64,000 nucleotides of DNA from positions 124,001-188,000 of the forward strand of contig QPGO01000014.1 of assembly GCA_008632985.1 (NCBI GenBank), in the 5' to 3' direction. This document shows, piece by piece, positions 12,862 through 25,540 of the stretch (its first letter is position 1; each line of letters begins with the position of its first letter). The stretch comes from Psammoneis japonica. Lineage: Eukaryota. Under the pieces are notes generated by a model. That model did not search any database and had not been told where the DNA came from. It saw only the letters and a list, made by a program, of their open reading frames with translations. The position numbers and the translations under genes were made by a program.

Positions 12862-14590
12862 ATGCGTGTAATGGGTCGACAGTGGCAATCCTTATTGATT
12901 TCGTTGCTTGTTGTTGCTATTCTTACTGAAACAGCTGATTCGTTTGAATCGTCTTTCATGTTTCTGGCGACACGTCGAGGATTGTTGGCAAGAACATTTC
13001 CGCTTGCATCGTTTATTTCTGAATCGGCAAAGAAAATGAGCTCGTCGTCCTTGGGAGCTACTCGTCTACACGAGATATCGGAAGGACTCGTCAATGAAAA
13101 TATAAAGCATGATGACACTGGATCGTTTCATGCCTGTCTTGTAGTTGCTGGAGGCGGAGGCCAAGCCATTTCTGCTCTGTCTTCCACACCAGGCGCGTCT
13201 GCCTTCTTACTCGAAGGCACTGTCACGTATCATCGAAATTCCTTTCTGAACTACATTGAAAGTTCAGATGGCAAGAACGATGACTCTTTTGTTTCAGAAG
13301 AAATGGCGCAGGAATTGTCTCGTGCGGCTCTGAACCGGGCGCTAAAGTACGTTCCCGATGTGAAATCATACTCGAAATGTGTTGGTGTGGCGTGTACATC
13401 TGCGCTGTTGAAACCCAATGGACGTAAAGGACGCACAAGTCGTGGACATGTATGTGCCACAATGATGAATGGGAAACAGTGGAGTTGTAATGTGACTTTG
13501 GGCAACGGTAGATCCCGTCATGAAGAAGATGCCCTAATGGGATGTTTGATCCTGGAAGGCACGCAGCAGCTCTTGTTTCCCCGTGCCAATCCCAATGAGT
13601 TCAATTATTTAAAATCGTCAGAAGGAGATAAAGCACACGTCTCCTTGAAATGTCTAGCGTCGAATGCGTATGAGGAATCAGTGATTTCATCCGCAGAACG
13701 AATCCTATCGGAAGAAACAAAAGCCGCACTGTTGGTTCCGGTTCAATCTGTCTTTGTACAAGCGCCCAATGTTATCTTGCCATCCAACAAGCCAACGTTG
13801 ATTTTCCCTGGAAGCTTCAATCCACCCCACCAGGGACACTTGGCACTAGCTCAGGCCGCCATTGATGTGGTACAAGAGGAGACCGGTTTGGACGATTTGT
13901 CCGTCTTGATGGAAGTGTCCTTGACCAACGCAGACAAGCCACCCATAATGCCTCAAGAGGTTTCAAGACGAGCGCATTTGTTTTTTAGTCTCGCAAAGGA
14001 CTTGTTGCCGAATAGCTGGGGCATCCTCTTGACGAGTGCGCCGTTGTTTCAGCAAAAGGTACAATTGATTAGGGAAGGTACGGTGCTTTGCTTCTTCGTG
14101 TGGAGCAAGCGTGTCGCTTTCAGCGTCGACTCTTGTGTGCTGATGACTTTTGCTTGTGCTCTATTGTCTCGACACACAGCTGGTAATACCGGAGAACTGA
14201 TCTTTGTAATTGGGACTGACACAATGGTTCGAATCATTAATCCCAAGTACTATGGCAACAGTCAGGACAACATGCTTGCAGCAGTGCGAGATATGAAGCA
14301 ACTGGGGGTCAGGTATGTTGTCGGTGGTCGACTGGAACAAGGACAAGATCAAGGGTGAGTTTTCGCTGATACCATATTATGATATCTACGCGATGTGAAG
14401 AAGCTTTCAATCATCTCACGGATCCGTCTTCTCTCCCCTCGATAGAGCATTCGTCACTGGACAAGAGGAGCTAGAGTCCTTGCCTGCAGATATTCAGGAG
14501 ATGTTCTTATTGGTTCGCGAAGAAGATTTTCGCGTCGACATTAGTAGCACTGAACTTCGGAGAAAAGCGGAGACATCGGCTGCATCATGA
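12862..14590 (+). CDS. CinA/PncC-like domain fused to nucleotidyltransferase (NMN adenylyltransferase-like)
   Basis: GGGGQAISALSSTPGASAFLLEG..Y (CinA-like), FPGSFNPPHQGH (HxGH), IGTDT..RI..PKYY and FRVDISSTELR. Introns at 14078-14179 and 14355-14445. The start codon is uncertain. Confidence 0.8.
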
Positions 14591-14862
14591 TGAGAATCAC
14601 TGAGCCACTCAATACTGCTACCTACGGCAAGGATAACAAGGTTTTGCCGTTCCGCGTTGCAATGACTCTGCCATTGGCAGCGTTGAAACAATCTCAAGCA
14701 AAGGGGTCCTCTCTAGTAGTATGGTAGGTCCAGATAATGTTAATTCTTATTCTACAAACACCGATGTGTACCATACCTATTTGATGAATGAATTCAATGA
14801 AACTTGAGCTTCCAACTATGTCGATAGAAGCAAAACTCTTGTCTGCAGAATCAAGATATCGC

Positions 14863-16692
14863 TTAATAGCTTGGAACTCCAGGAACACCGTGGTCGTACG
14901 AATAGGGTCTCGACGTGTCTGGTGCAGTGCGCGTGGCAGTCGAATATTCCCCCTCGGCTCTAGGATATCCATGAGCGCCAGTGTCGTACTCGTGCGTGTA
15001 CACGCCGGGACGAGAAGTGAGGCGTCTAGCGCCTGCGGTAAACATACCAAACTCCTTTAGAGCGCGACGCACACCTCCGTAAACGGGAAGGAGTTCATCT
15101 GGTGTGGTAGCAGAGATCTTGACGGGGTAATGCTTTTGAGTCAAGATCGTGATGTACCTCCAAGGATAGATCTTCTGCTTGTACTTGACACTCTGCATGG
15201 CCAACTCGGGCTTCTTTTGGTTGTCGTTGTACAGTTTCGCACCGACCAAGCAAAACTGCTTCACTTTAACAGACACCTTGCGGCATCCAGACTGGGTCTC
15301 AATGACAGCAACATCGTATTCCTCCTTCAGGACAAAAAACGAATCTTGATGAGTTAGTCAATATTCAGTTGCTAGTCTCCTAAACGTCATATCGCCATCC
15401 TTACGTACCTTGGACCTGTACATGTTGATCAGATAAGGCTTCGAAATGATTCCTCCAACCACGACGTACTTTTTCTTCCAAGCGTATTCAGTAGTTGGAG
15501 CCTTTAACTCGCACGAATCATACTTGACCATGTGCTCTCCTTCGGCTGTAGTAATCTTGGTATCAGGGACGTGAAAGAGAAGCGGGAGCGGACGTGGGCT
15601 CTCCTTGATGAGGCGGACGGCCTGATCAGCACTGTAAACCTCGGTACCATTCACCTTCAAGAGCACATGACCAAGCGAGACGTTTGCCGAACGAGCCGAA
15701 GAGCCTTCCAAAATGTGAGAAACAACAGGACGGTTTCCGAGGGCCTTGACGAGCGCGGGATCACTCTCCAGGTAGAGAGAATCCTTCACCTGTTGCGCGC
15801 TGAAGAAAATAATACCCAGCGTCTTGGTGTAAATCTTCACGTCGTAGTATTCACCACCAGCGGGAAGCTCTCCGTTTTCGACCGTTGCTTCACCAACGGC
15901 AGGCATCGAAGGGGCTTCAAAACCCATCTGGGCCCACATGTCGTCCTCCGCAGAAGGAAGGGACGAAGGTGCAACGGCCTCAGGCTGAGTCGATGTCGCT
16001 GCAGGAGCAGGTGCCTGCTGCTGCGGCGGAGGCGGCTGCTGGGTAAAGACTCCAAAAGGATCGGCAGCGGGCTCCTGAGGAGCAGGGGGCTGCTGAGTCT
16101 GTTGAACGCCCCAAGGATCCGCAGGAGCTTGAAACGGCACCATCTGCTGCTGCGGCATAGGTGCAGGAGGCTGCTGCTGCTGAGGCTCAACAATACCCCA
16201 TGCGTTGGTAGGCGCTTGCGATGGAACAATTTCCTGAGTAGACGTCATCGGGGGAATGGTGGGAGGTGGCGCCTTAGGAGGAGCGACGCCAGGTGGAGGT
16301 GACGTAGGTCCTGGAAAATTTGGCACAGATGCCGGTGACACTTGTGAGTGCGGCTGGGCAACTGGAGCTCCATAGGGGCTGCCCTTGGCGGGCGGAGAAG
16401 TCTGAGCGCCGTATGGGTTGACTGGCGTCTGAACGGGTGAAACAGGAGCGTCAAATGGGTTGGCAGACGGTGAAGCGACCGGAGGGGTGGGTGGCTGCAT
16501 CTGATTCTGCATAGGACTATTCATTGGTACAGGAGCAGGATGATGAGTCACAGGTGACATGGGCTGCTGCATCGGTTGAGCACTCGGCGATACTTGGTGA
16601 GGCGGGAAAGCTCCTGAAGCCTGCTGATTCGGGTCCGACTGTGGAACAGCGGCCTTCACGTCCTGGGCGAACAGGGCGAACGGATCAGACAT
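14863..16692 (-). CDS. Pro/Gln-rich protein with PDZ-like and PH-like domains
   Basis: DPF/NPF/DPW motifs in a low-complexity N-terminus. PDZ-like GS.A..ANV.LGHVLLKVNG. PH-like WKKKYVVV. Intron at 15325-15408. Confidence 0.75.
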
Positions 16693-17303
16693 GTTTTCGA
16701 ATTCCAACAATACAAGAAAGAACGGCCTCAGTGAAAGTTGCGATGAAAAGTAATGTGAAAGCGATACGTTTTGCCTGTTCTCGGTCGCGAACCTTCACAG
16801 GAACACACAGCAAGAGGCAAAGCGAAAGAAGTGAGGCGTGCAATTTTTTGGGCGAAACAACGCAGATTGGCGCGACCGTTGAACGGTTGCGTTTGAGCAA
16901 AAATTTCATACTATCATGATATGCTTATTCATACTTGAAGAATGTATGCGATCCGATTTCTACTGAAATTTTTGATTCCCGCGCGTTTCGTATTAAAATT
17001 GTATATGAAAATGAAAATAGTAATCATGGGAATTCAATTAAAATTCTTCAAGAAGTGGCATCAAAGATAAAAATCTTTTGTGCCGGATGAAAGAAAGGTG
17101 CGGGACCAACGTCGAGCTACCGGTACAGTAGGGCTACCGGTAAGGCTATGGTACGTAGAGAGCACTCTACCCACCGAGAAACTCTACTAGAGAAGATACA
17201 AAACGGTTAATCATATGCTTATATGAACCACCAAGATGGTGCTTTAGGTAGATTAATACAGTGAATAAACAAACTATTAAAAGCTACAATGCTTTTTGTA
17301 GAG

Positions 17304-18458
17304 TTAGGTTAGCCATGAGCTTGTCCCCTGGTTCTTCTTTCTCCAAATCGATACAATCCCCATAGCCGCTGTGAACGCAGAATACCCCGTTATCGCTGCA
17401 AATAGCGGCGTAATGGCGTTTGCCCCTTGGTAAAGGTAAGCTTTGTAGTATGAAAACACAGGTACAGAGAGGCATAGCGTTGTGAGAGTGGATTGACAAC
17501 TCGAATAGAACGAACCAGACCACTCCTACTTACAAGACAAGGTGCCAAACACCACACTTGCGACAAAGTTTAGTTCAATATAGGTGATTCCCTCCAGTTC
17601 ATCGCGATCTGCCGCTTCTTTAAGTGTAAACGTGACGGCAGCCAGGAGGCAAAGCTTTGCAAACCTGCTCAATCTCGTGCCCAACTGAACCAACTCTCCG
17701 GCTTGAGCAAGCTCAACCATATCAATAAGTTTCGAGAGTTTCATTACCCCAACCGTTATTGTGGCTGCCAAGTATACACCTGATTTCCAGTTGGGGACTT
17801 TATCCAGGGAATCGAGGTTCGACCTGAATCCATCGACAATGTCCCTGAACGGGGATGCTTTCCTGAACTTGTCCCACCCTTTAAGACCGTAAGTGTACCC
17901 CTTGATGGAGTTAATTAGGGCGATTGCACTTGGTACGTACCAAGCTGGTGTTCGAGATCGGGGCAGCAAGTAGGTCACGGCAAGACCTGTTGCGCCATAA
18001 AACGCCAAGCACAGGTTGAGTCTCTTGTACGTTTCGTTCCACAAGCGATCGCTATTTGAAGCACCAATCAGAATACAAGATATCCAAGCTGCCATAAAGG
18101 GCCCGGTGGCGTAGTAGGGAGCAGCTCGGTTCGCAAGAATCAAGCTGACTGTCACGAGGTACCCAATGGTTGTGGCCGCATACCCAAACACTACCCGCTT
18201 CCTACGTCCTTCGATCTTGCGTTCCATTTTATCTGCCCCAGAGTAGTCAGGCATGCCTGACATACTCAGCGTTGAGGTTATAGAGTTTGATGGTAAGCTA
18301 CCGATACTTGTACGCGCAGTAGTCGGCTTTTGATAGCTGGAATGCAAACCGGGGCGCGAAACTCGGTGACTCACTTGAAAGGCGTCACATGCCGACACGA
18401 GGCAAAGAAAAAGCACCGCGATCCTCAGAGGACCACTTTGAGCTGTTCGAGAAACCAT
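17304..18458 (-). CDS. Plastid-targeted multi-pass membrane protein of unknown function, tandem paralog A
   Basis: Signal ending CDA-FQ. Shares ETYKRLNLCLAFYG, YGLKGW and GTRLSR with paralog B. Phase-1 intron at 17441-17533. Confidence 0.8.
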
Positions 18459-18941
18459 GTCTCTTGGTGTTACCCAAGCAATAGCTCTTGCGGGACTCTT
18501 CCAGCAAAAGAAAACGAAGGAACCCAGTCAACTGACCAAACTGCAAAAACCGCGGTGTCAGCGCGAGACGATGCCGATGTTGAAGTTCGCACGAGCGTTG
18601 GATGGAAATCTTTTCGAATGTGTCAAAATGCACGATTTTGTCATTTTACGCACAAGAAGCAGAGAATTCCGACTAATTCTATGTCCAACATAGTCTCCTG
18701 TGCTTTGCACACCAAGCCACGCAGCTTAGCTACTCGTTCGCTCGCTCCGTCCGAGAAGCCGGAGGCTCTCTACTAGAGAGGCTAGCAAGTCGGGGCAAAT
18801 GCAACCTGTAACAAACTTGATCAGGCCTCCTAAGCCACAAGGCATACCTGTACCATGAAGTAGCGATGCAGATTATGATTATGGAAGAACTGGAAGTCGT
18901 TATGAGTTAAGAAGTTCCAAGGACATCGTGAGTCGCACACC

Positions 18942-20025
18942 CTAATTCCTAAGGATTCGACGCAGTTTGTGCCACACAGATGAGGCACCCATGTATGCCA
19001 TGAACACTGAAAACCCTGTGGCCAATGCTACCAATGGTGTGACAGTGTTTCCGGCTTGGTAAAGGTAGGCTTTGAAGTAAAGTATAGATAGCAATCACGT
19101 CAGCGGCTTGACCACAACAAATTAAAAAGAGAAACAACTTTTTTCACGCACCTGACATTGTCCCAAAAACAGCACTTCCAAGAAAGTTTAACACAATGTA
19201 GGCTGTCCTCTCGAGTAGACCATTATCTGCTGAGTCTTTCAGCGTGAATGCAACGGCGGTCAACAACGCAAGCTTCGCGTAGCGGCTTAATCTTGTTCCC
19301 ATCAAAACTAATTCTCCTTCTCTTGCAAACTGAATAACTTCAAAAAGCTTACCCACTGTCATAGCTCCTGATGTCAACGTGGCTGCCAGATATATTGCGG
19401 ATTCCCTGTTTGCAATTTTGTCTAGTGTTTCCAGGTTCGCTTTGAATCCGTCGATAATGTCCTCCTTTGGAGTTTTGTATAGTGTCCATCCTTTGAGACC
19501 ATAACTATAACCGTTTATTGAGTTGACAACAGCAATCACGCTCGGTATTGTCCAAACCAGTGTTCTCGATTGAGGGAAGAAGAACTCTACCCAAATATGA
19601 CAAAGGCCATAAAACGCCAAGCACAGGTTGAGTCTCTTGTAGGTTTCTCCAGCCAAACAATTACTGTTGGCTGCACCTAGTAAAATGCATGACATTCCAG
19701 ATGCCATTAAGGGTCCAGTGGCATAGTAGAGTTTGGCGCCATTGACAAGAATTAAGGCGGTGACTGCGAGATACCCGGCCGCAACGACACCATAACCAGC
19801 GGCGACCCATTGTTTTCTTTCTTTCACCTTGCGCTCCATCTTTGTTTCTGGAACTTCATCAAAGGATGACATTTCGAGGGGAGTAAACTTTCGGTTATTA
19901 CTAGTCTTGAATTGTCGTGGCCTCTGAGAGCAAACATGCCATCGGAAGCGCGACGTTTGCTGGATAATCTGAAAAGCGTCACAGCATGTTGCCACCAAAA
20001 CAAGAAACATCAAAAATTTTCTCAT
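18942..20025 (-). CDS. Plastid-targeted multi-pass membrane protein of unknown function, tandem paralog B
   Basis: MRKFLMFLVLVATCCDA-FQ signal. Same motifs and same intron position (19070-19151) as paralog A. Confidence 0.8.
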
Positions 20026-20759
20026 GTGAGATCTACGAATAAGTCCAACGTCGCTCACTTTGCTACAGAGTGTTGTCAGGTGCAGCGGAAGAACAAAGGC
20101 TGAAATAAGCGGTCCCATTTTGTGGTCGGTGGTCCGTGATGGTCATGCGCCATGCGTTGATTTTTGATTTTCCATCCAACGTCTGTCCGACATAGGTACA
20201 TACGGTAGGGCCATACCAAGGCCATACCGTACGGTACTGTGTACCGTACGTAGGGCTACTTCATAACGCGAACCGAGTTCTATCTGCGCAAGTTCTGCGC
20301 TCCTGCGCTCTCATCGTTCATCGTGCAGCAGAAACACGACAATGGCCATATAACGCCGTTCGTTCTCAAAAACTTAGTGTGGCGGCTAGCATCTGTCTTC
20401 ATAACAAGAGCAAACCCACAATTGTCGGTGCATGATGACGTACTCGCATCCATGTTTGATGATGTTTGCCTTCGCCATATCTATGGTAGGTGGGCAAAAG
20501 GCAAGACTCGACTCAGCACGTATCAATTTAGTTAGGCCGTTCGAGTCGAGCGTATTAATAGCGGGGCATTCACGAACACAACGGAAACGCTGTATCCTGC
20601 ATGCTTTGCTCTGAAGGGAAAATACACAATTTCTGTCGCCTCAAATTCTAACCTAACCTGACGACAATGTGAGTGATACTTGCGGACTGAACTCCATTAT
20701 GCTTTATTTCATGCACTGCATTTTCTCACTTTTGATCGGTCTCTCTTTACTACTGTAGC

Positions 20760-22802
20760 ATGTTTCCCTTTGCATCAAGACGTCGTCGAAGCGTCGATGG
20801 CCACGGCCCATCCAGCGTGCCAAGCGTACACTCCAGTTACCGCCAAACCCGTGCTCCGCGTCCTGCCAGCGGCGCCGACTACTACCAAGCGGAATGGCCG
20901 CGTTGCGTCTATCGGCCGGGTGCCAGTGATAATTCAGCCACACAGGAGGCAACTGGCACAAAAAGGGACAACGAAAAACACAGCGCGGACCAGGAATCAA
21001 ACGACCGAGGCAACGAAGGAACTCAATCTATGAATGCCACGCACGGAACAGGAACTACGGCACACGGGAATAGCCAATCTAGCGAAAAAGATGGTGATCA
21101 GAATGCGGAGAAGACCAGCTCCACCGCTGGTGAAGGAGAAGAAGACCAAGCTTCCGATAGAAGCAGCCATGCTTCTAGTCATACCTCAGCATCTCGCTCT
21201 CCATCCAACAATAGTGGAACGACTACCAGTCCTTCACCCCCTGCCAAAAGGCTCACACGATCTGAGTCGGATCGCCGAGACGGAAACCAGCAGCTTCGTA
21301 GCAGCCGCGAAGACGGCATTTCCCAGTTTATGCGCAAGCAGAGGCTGGAGGCAGCTATTCGGAGCTACAACAGCGCCCTCTCGCAAGCTCATGATAGCCA
21401 TGACTATTTGTCTGCCTTGAAGAATCTCGCCGTGGCGCATCAAGAGATGAGCCTTGTCTACCTTCGCGAGCTGGAGGATTTGGCTCCTCTGAGCAAGGCC
21501 GCTGCCGCCAAAACAACGAAAGATCCTCCAAGACAAGTCCGGGACGTTCGGGAAAAGCTGCAGTTTACATCCAAGGCGGTGATCAAATACGCCGGCCAAG
21601 CCATTAGCAAAGCCGTCTCTTTAGTGAAGGCTGACAAGACCAAAGCGACGCAGTGGTGGCAGTGGCAAGTGAACGTTGCTGCGACGGCCGCCGTGTTTGC
21701 CCACAGACTCTTTCACTCCTTGAAGAAAACCGCAACCGACTATGATGATTTCATGACCGCCTTGTACCCAATCGTGTATCAACATGATGTGCAAGATTTG
21801 CCCGAAATTCAGTTTGTGCTGTGCTTCGAGCTCACTCGTTTCCACCACAACTGTGCCCACAAGGATCGTCTGGATGTGGCTCCCGATCCTAATGTCATCT
21901 TGCATGCCGCGCACACGTATCGTTCCTTGGAAGAATGCCGTGTGGCAAGCAAGAGTCTTCTTCTGAACAAGGAAACCGCCAAGTACCTTCGCAAATCGAA
22001 AGACTTCTTTCCCGACGATGAAGATGACGAGGCACTCCACCCATCGCTTCAGCTTTGCGTCGACTCTCTTGTTGAAGTCTCCGTCCTTGAGGCCGAAATA
22101 AACTACCTCGACGCCAGGGTTCAGTCTCTCCACTACATTCAGGAAGGCGACCACCTTCTTTCTTGTGGAACCAACGGCATTGAAACTGAGGAGCCAGAGC
22201 TTGTTTGGATGGCGATTGATTCGTTTCAGCACGCCGTTCTTCTTGTGCAAGGTGTCGACCTGGAAACAGAAGCCGCCGCTTCGAGTCGTATCGGCCGGTG
22301 CTACACCCACTATCTGGCCCATTCCAAAACAAGAGGGAAAAACTACGCGAAACACGCCATGGAGATTGCGCTGTCGTTGCACCCTCACCTTGTGTTGGAC
22401 AACGAGAAGTGGTTTGTGGAAGCCAAGAAGATTGTGGAGGACTTTCAAGCCAAGACCCGCCTTAACGACGAGAAACGAGAGGCCGAAGAGGCTGCGCCTC
22501 ACTTGGCAGCACTCAGGGATACGCTCCAAACGATGGCGACAATGTCCGAGAAGAAGGAGACCGACAAGCTTCTTTCGTATGTCTACGAAAAGCATCCTCC
22601 CAAGAACAAGGCCCACCGACGCGTGACGACGAAAAAAGACAGCGATGGAAACGAAACGGCGGTAAACTTCTACACGCAGCTGAGGAATTGCCTCATTCAC
22701 TACCATCCGGACAAGAACAGAAACCACGGGAAGGAATGGCAGGTCCTTTGCAGCGAGATCTCCAAATACGTGAACGATCTGTATCAGGACCACAAAGACT
22801 AG
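20760..22802 (+). CDS. Helical/TPR-like protein with C-terminal J-domain-like motif
   Basis: 680-aa intronless ORF. C-terminal LRNCLIHYHPDKN...WQVLCSEISKYVN carries the HPD motif. Confidence 0.75.
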   Translation: MFPFASRRRRSVDGHGPSSVPSVHSSYRQTRAPRPASGADYYQAEWPRCVYRPGASDNSATQEATGTKRDNEKHSADQESNDRGNEGTQSMNATHGTGTTAHGNSQSSEKDGDQNAEKTSSTAGEGEEDQASDRSSHASSHTSASRSPSNNSGTTTSPSPPAKRLTRSESDRRDGNQQLRSSREDGISQFMRKQRLEAAIRSYNSALSQAHDSHDYLSALKNLAVAHQEMSLVYLRELEDLAPLSKAAAAKTTKDPPRQVRDVREKLQFTSKAVIKYAGQAISKAVSLVKADKTKATQWWQWQVNVAATAAVFAHRLFHSLKKTATDYDDFMTALYPIVYQHDVQDLPEIQFVLCFELTRFHHNCAHKDRLDVAPDPNVILHAAHTYRSLEECRVASKSLLLNKETAKYLRKSKDFFPDDEDDEALHPSLQLCVDSLVEVSVLEAEINYLDARVQSLHYIQEGDHLLSCGTNGIETEEPELVWMAIDSFQHAVLLVQGVDLETEAAASSRIGRCYTHYLAHSKTRGKNYAKHAMEIALSLHPHLVLDNEKWFVEAKKIVEDFQAKTRLNDEKREAEEAAPHLAALRDTLQTMATMSEKKETDKLLSYVYEKHPPKNKAHRRVTTKKDSDGNETAVNFYTQLRNCLIHYHPDKNRNHGKEWQVLCSEISKYVNDLYQDHKD

Positions 22803-23143
22803 TACTGTACTATAGTAAAGCTTTGTGAAGAATTGGCTTACTGTAGTAGTATTTCCCAACAGAGATATTTCAAAAGCACCTCTAGACCTATTGGTCATCT
22901 TGATCTCACCCTCAACCCGGCGCAAGTGAAGATGCGCAATGTGTCGCGCAGACATCCACCGCGAGCACCACCATCACAAAGATCTATCTGCGACCTTTTC
23001 TTCTCATGCACAACAAACGTGCCTCCCTCTGCTGTTGCCTTCCGCTCTACATAGGCTTCCTTAATCTTCTATTTTAAAAAAGCGCAGATCAAGATTAGTC
23101 TGCAATCCTATCTGTCTTCTTTCTTCCTTCTCCGTATCAGCTA

Positions 23144-24025
23144 ATGAGACCAACAGCCGCTTTATCGAGAGTGTTCAAAAGCTCTCCCGCCGTGCTGCAA
23201 GAATGGAGGGTGTCGAGCCCAAGACAAGGTGGCACTCGAGGACTTCCTCGGCACATCATATTGCTTCGTCATGGAGAAAGCCTAGGAAATGTAGATCAAA
23301 ACTTGTTTACAATCATGCCCGACTGGAAAATACCTTTGAGTGACAAAGGCAAAGCCCAGGCCAGGGATGCGGGTCATCGTATCCAATCCATGATTGCAAA
23401 AGGATCACCTTTGGTTGTCTATGTTTCCCCGTATCTCAGAACAAAGCAAACACTGGAACAAGTGCAGAGTGTTTTGAAGAATCCGGTTTTATTTACGAGG
23501 GAGGAACCTCGATTGCGAGAACAAGACTTTGGTAATTTTCAAGATACCGAAAGGATAAAGAAGGCAAAACTGGAGAGGCCGCAGTTTGGTCGATTCTTTT
23601 ATCGGTTTCCCAATGGCGAGTCCGGGGCAGACGTTTTCGATAGGGTCTCTGCCTTTTGTGGGACCTTTCGACAAGATATGGAACAAATTGTCAACAGTCG
23701 TGGCACCGAAGCGGAGAGCGAAATAGAAAACTGTACGGCTCTTTTCGTCACTCATGGAATTACGGCCCGACTATTTTTGATGAGATGGCTTCACTGGAGT
23801 GTCGATGAATTTGAAGTTCTACACAATCCTCCAAACTGTGGTATATTGCATCTTCAGCGAGATGGGTCAGCTTATTGTTTGAGTAAAAAATCGACAGAGC
23901 TGATAAAAGCACCGGGAGAGTCCGGGGGCGCATTGCAGATTGGGCATCAACTAGAGTGGCGCCAGCATTCGCGTTCAGACCAAGCGGCATTTGCAGCTTT
24001 AGTCGAAACAGCATGGGGTACCTAA
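23144..24025 (+). CDS. Histidine phosphatase (phosphoglycerate mutase-like, DET1-type)
   Basis: IILLRHGESLGN, YVSPYLRTKQT, EPRLREQDFGNFQ, RFFYRFPNGESGADVFDRV and VTHG motifs. Confidence 0.92.
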   Translation: MRPTAALSRVFKSSPAVLQEWRVSSPRQGGTRGLPRHIILLRHGESLGNVDQNLFTIMPDWKIPLSDKGKAQARDAGHRIQSMIAKGSPLVVYVSPYLRTKQTLEQVQSVLKNPVLFTREEPRLREQDFGNFQDTERIKKAKLERPQFGRFFYRFPNGESGADVFDRVSAFCGTFRQDMEQIVNSRGTEAESEIENCTALFVTHGITARLFLMRWLHWSVDEFEVLHNPPNCGILHLQRDGSAYCLSKKSTELIKAPGESGGALQIGHQLEWRQHSRSDQAAFAALVETAWGT

Positions 24026-24299
24026 TTGAATTATGTAGGCGTTTGATTTTTTTGGATGGCAATGGATGGATTCTCTTGGTAAAGGAACAAAACTGACTAC
24101 GGTGGGCGTTATTGTTGCCGTTGTCCGTGGCAAACGAAAAAGTGACTTGGATTGATGGATTGATTGATTCACTTCTGAGGGGTTCAATTTGATTATTTTC
24201 TTCAATCAGTCATTCATAGAACATGCTGGATATTTCGCAACTTGGTACTTAGCACTACTTTCCTTCCAACTTGAATGGCGAAACCACAGAGGCAGTTCG

Positions 24300-25490
24300 T
24301 CCGCCCCGCCCCCCCCTGCACTCAGCATTGCGGCAGCACCGAAGCCAGGACCACGGAAAGCAGGGCGATGTGGGGAAGTTTCGCAAACAACCAAGTGACT
24401 CTAGTAGAGAAACGTAATCATGCGTGCGTCCTTCACCAACTAGAAACCAACCAACACAAGAACCAAGCCCAAGGCACAGAATGATGATGATGAGAAACCA
24501 CTGATGAAGAAGATAAAGCTGCCTCCTTTTGTAAAGCATGTTTCAACAAAGCTTCCAATGGTTTGGCCTCCGCTCCTTGCAAGGTTGGCAGTGCCAAGAC
24601 ATGCACTGGAGCCAGGGCCATGGTCAGTGGAGTGATGTGGGGAGGGTCACAAACAACTGCAGCTGGAGAAATTTGGCCATGCATGTGGTCCTTCAACCAA
24701 CTGACGCAGGAGCCAAGCCCAACATGCACAGAGTGCTGATGACAAGAAACGGCTGGTGAAGAAGAAGCTGCCTCCTTTGGCAAAGTGTTTCAAAACCCAC
24801 AATTTGGACTCTGCTCTTTGCAAAGTTGGCAATGTCAACATGTGCATCTGCCTCCCTGCACCTGGCATTGTGGCAGCACCAGGACAGAGGTCAGTGTGTG
24901 TGAGGGAGGGTTCACAAAAACAGCTGAGCAGCAGCTGGAAAAACTCAACACCACGCACGTGGTCACCCTCCTGACTGACTGGAAATCAACCAATGCAAGG
25001 CCAAGCTCAAGATGTGGAGTGCTGATGACAAGAAACACCATTGAAGAAGAAACATCTGCCTCCTTTTGCAAGCACTTCAAAGGGACCTCTCCTGTGATTT
25101 GGGCTCAAATCCTTGCAAAGCTGGAAGTGTCAAGATGTGCATCCACCTGCCCCCACCCCCACCCTGCACTTGGCATTGTGGCAGAGCACCAGGCTGAGGA
25201 ACATGGTCAGCAGGACACTGTGGGGAGGCTCACAAACAACTGAGCAAAACACCAAAGAAACTTGGCTGTGAGGGGGCATGTTGCTGGGCCCTCCTTCACC
25301 ACCTGGCACCTGGAAACCAACCACAGCGAAAACCAAGCCCAAGGCATGGAATGCTGGTGTGATGAGAAACCACTGCAGTGAAGAATAAGTTGCGTTCTTT
25401 CATGAAGCATTTCAAAGCCTCCGATGATTAGGAATCTGCTCCTGCTCCCGCTGCAAGGTTAGCAGTGTGTCATGCAGTTCTGAAGTTGAT
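24300..25490. repeat. Degenerate tandem array of a ~270-330 bp unit (about 4 copies)
   Basis: Recurring block CCAAGCCCAA..GATGA(C/G)AAGAAAC..GAAGA..CTGCCTCCTTT..TGCAAGGTTGGCAGTG at ~24460, 24710, 25000 and 25330. Confidence 0.8.
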
Positions 25491-25540
25491 GAGCAAACGG
25501 CGTGTGAGCTGTTGGATGGGCTGGGGCGGCACTGTAAATA

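Noticed and set aside
21621..22955. Long antisense ORF of 444 aa (similarly 15532-16302 and 55632-56843)
   Set aside because: These are shadows of real sense-strand coding regions and have no recognisable domains.
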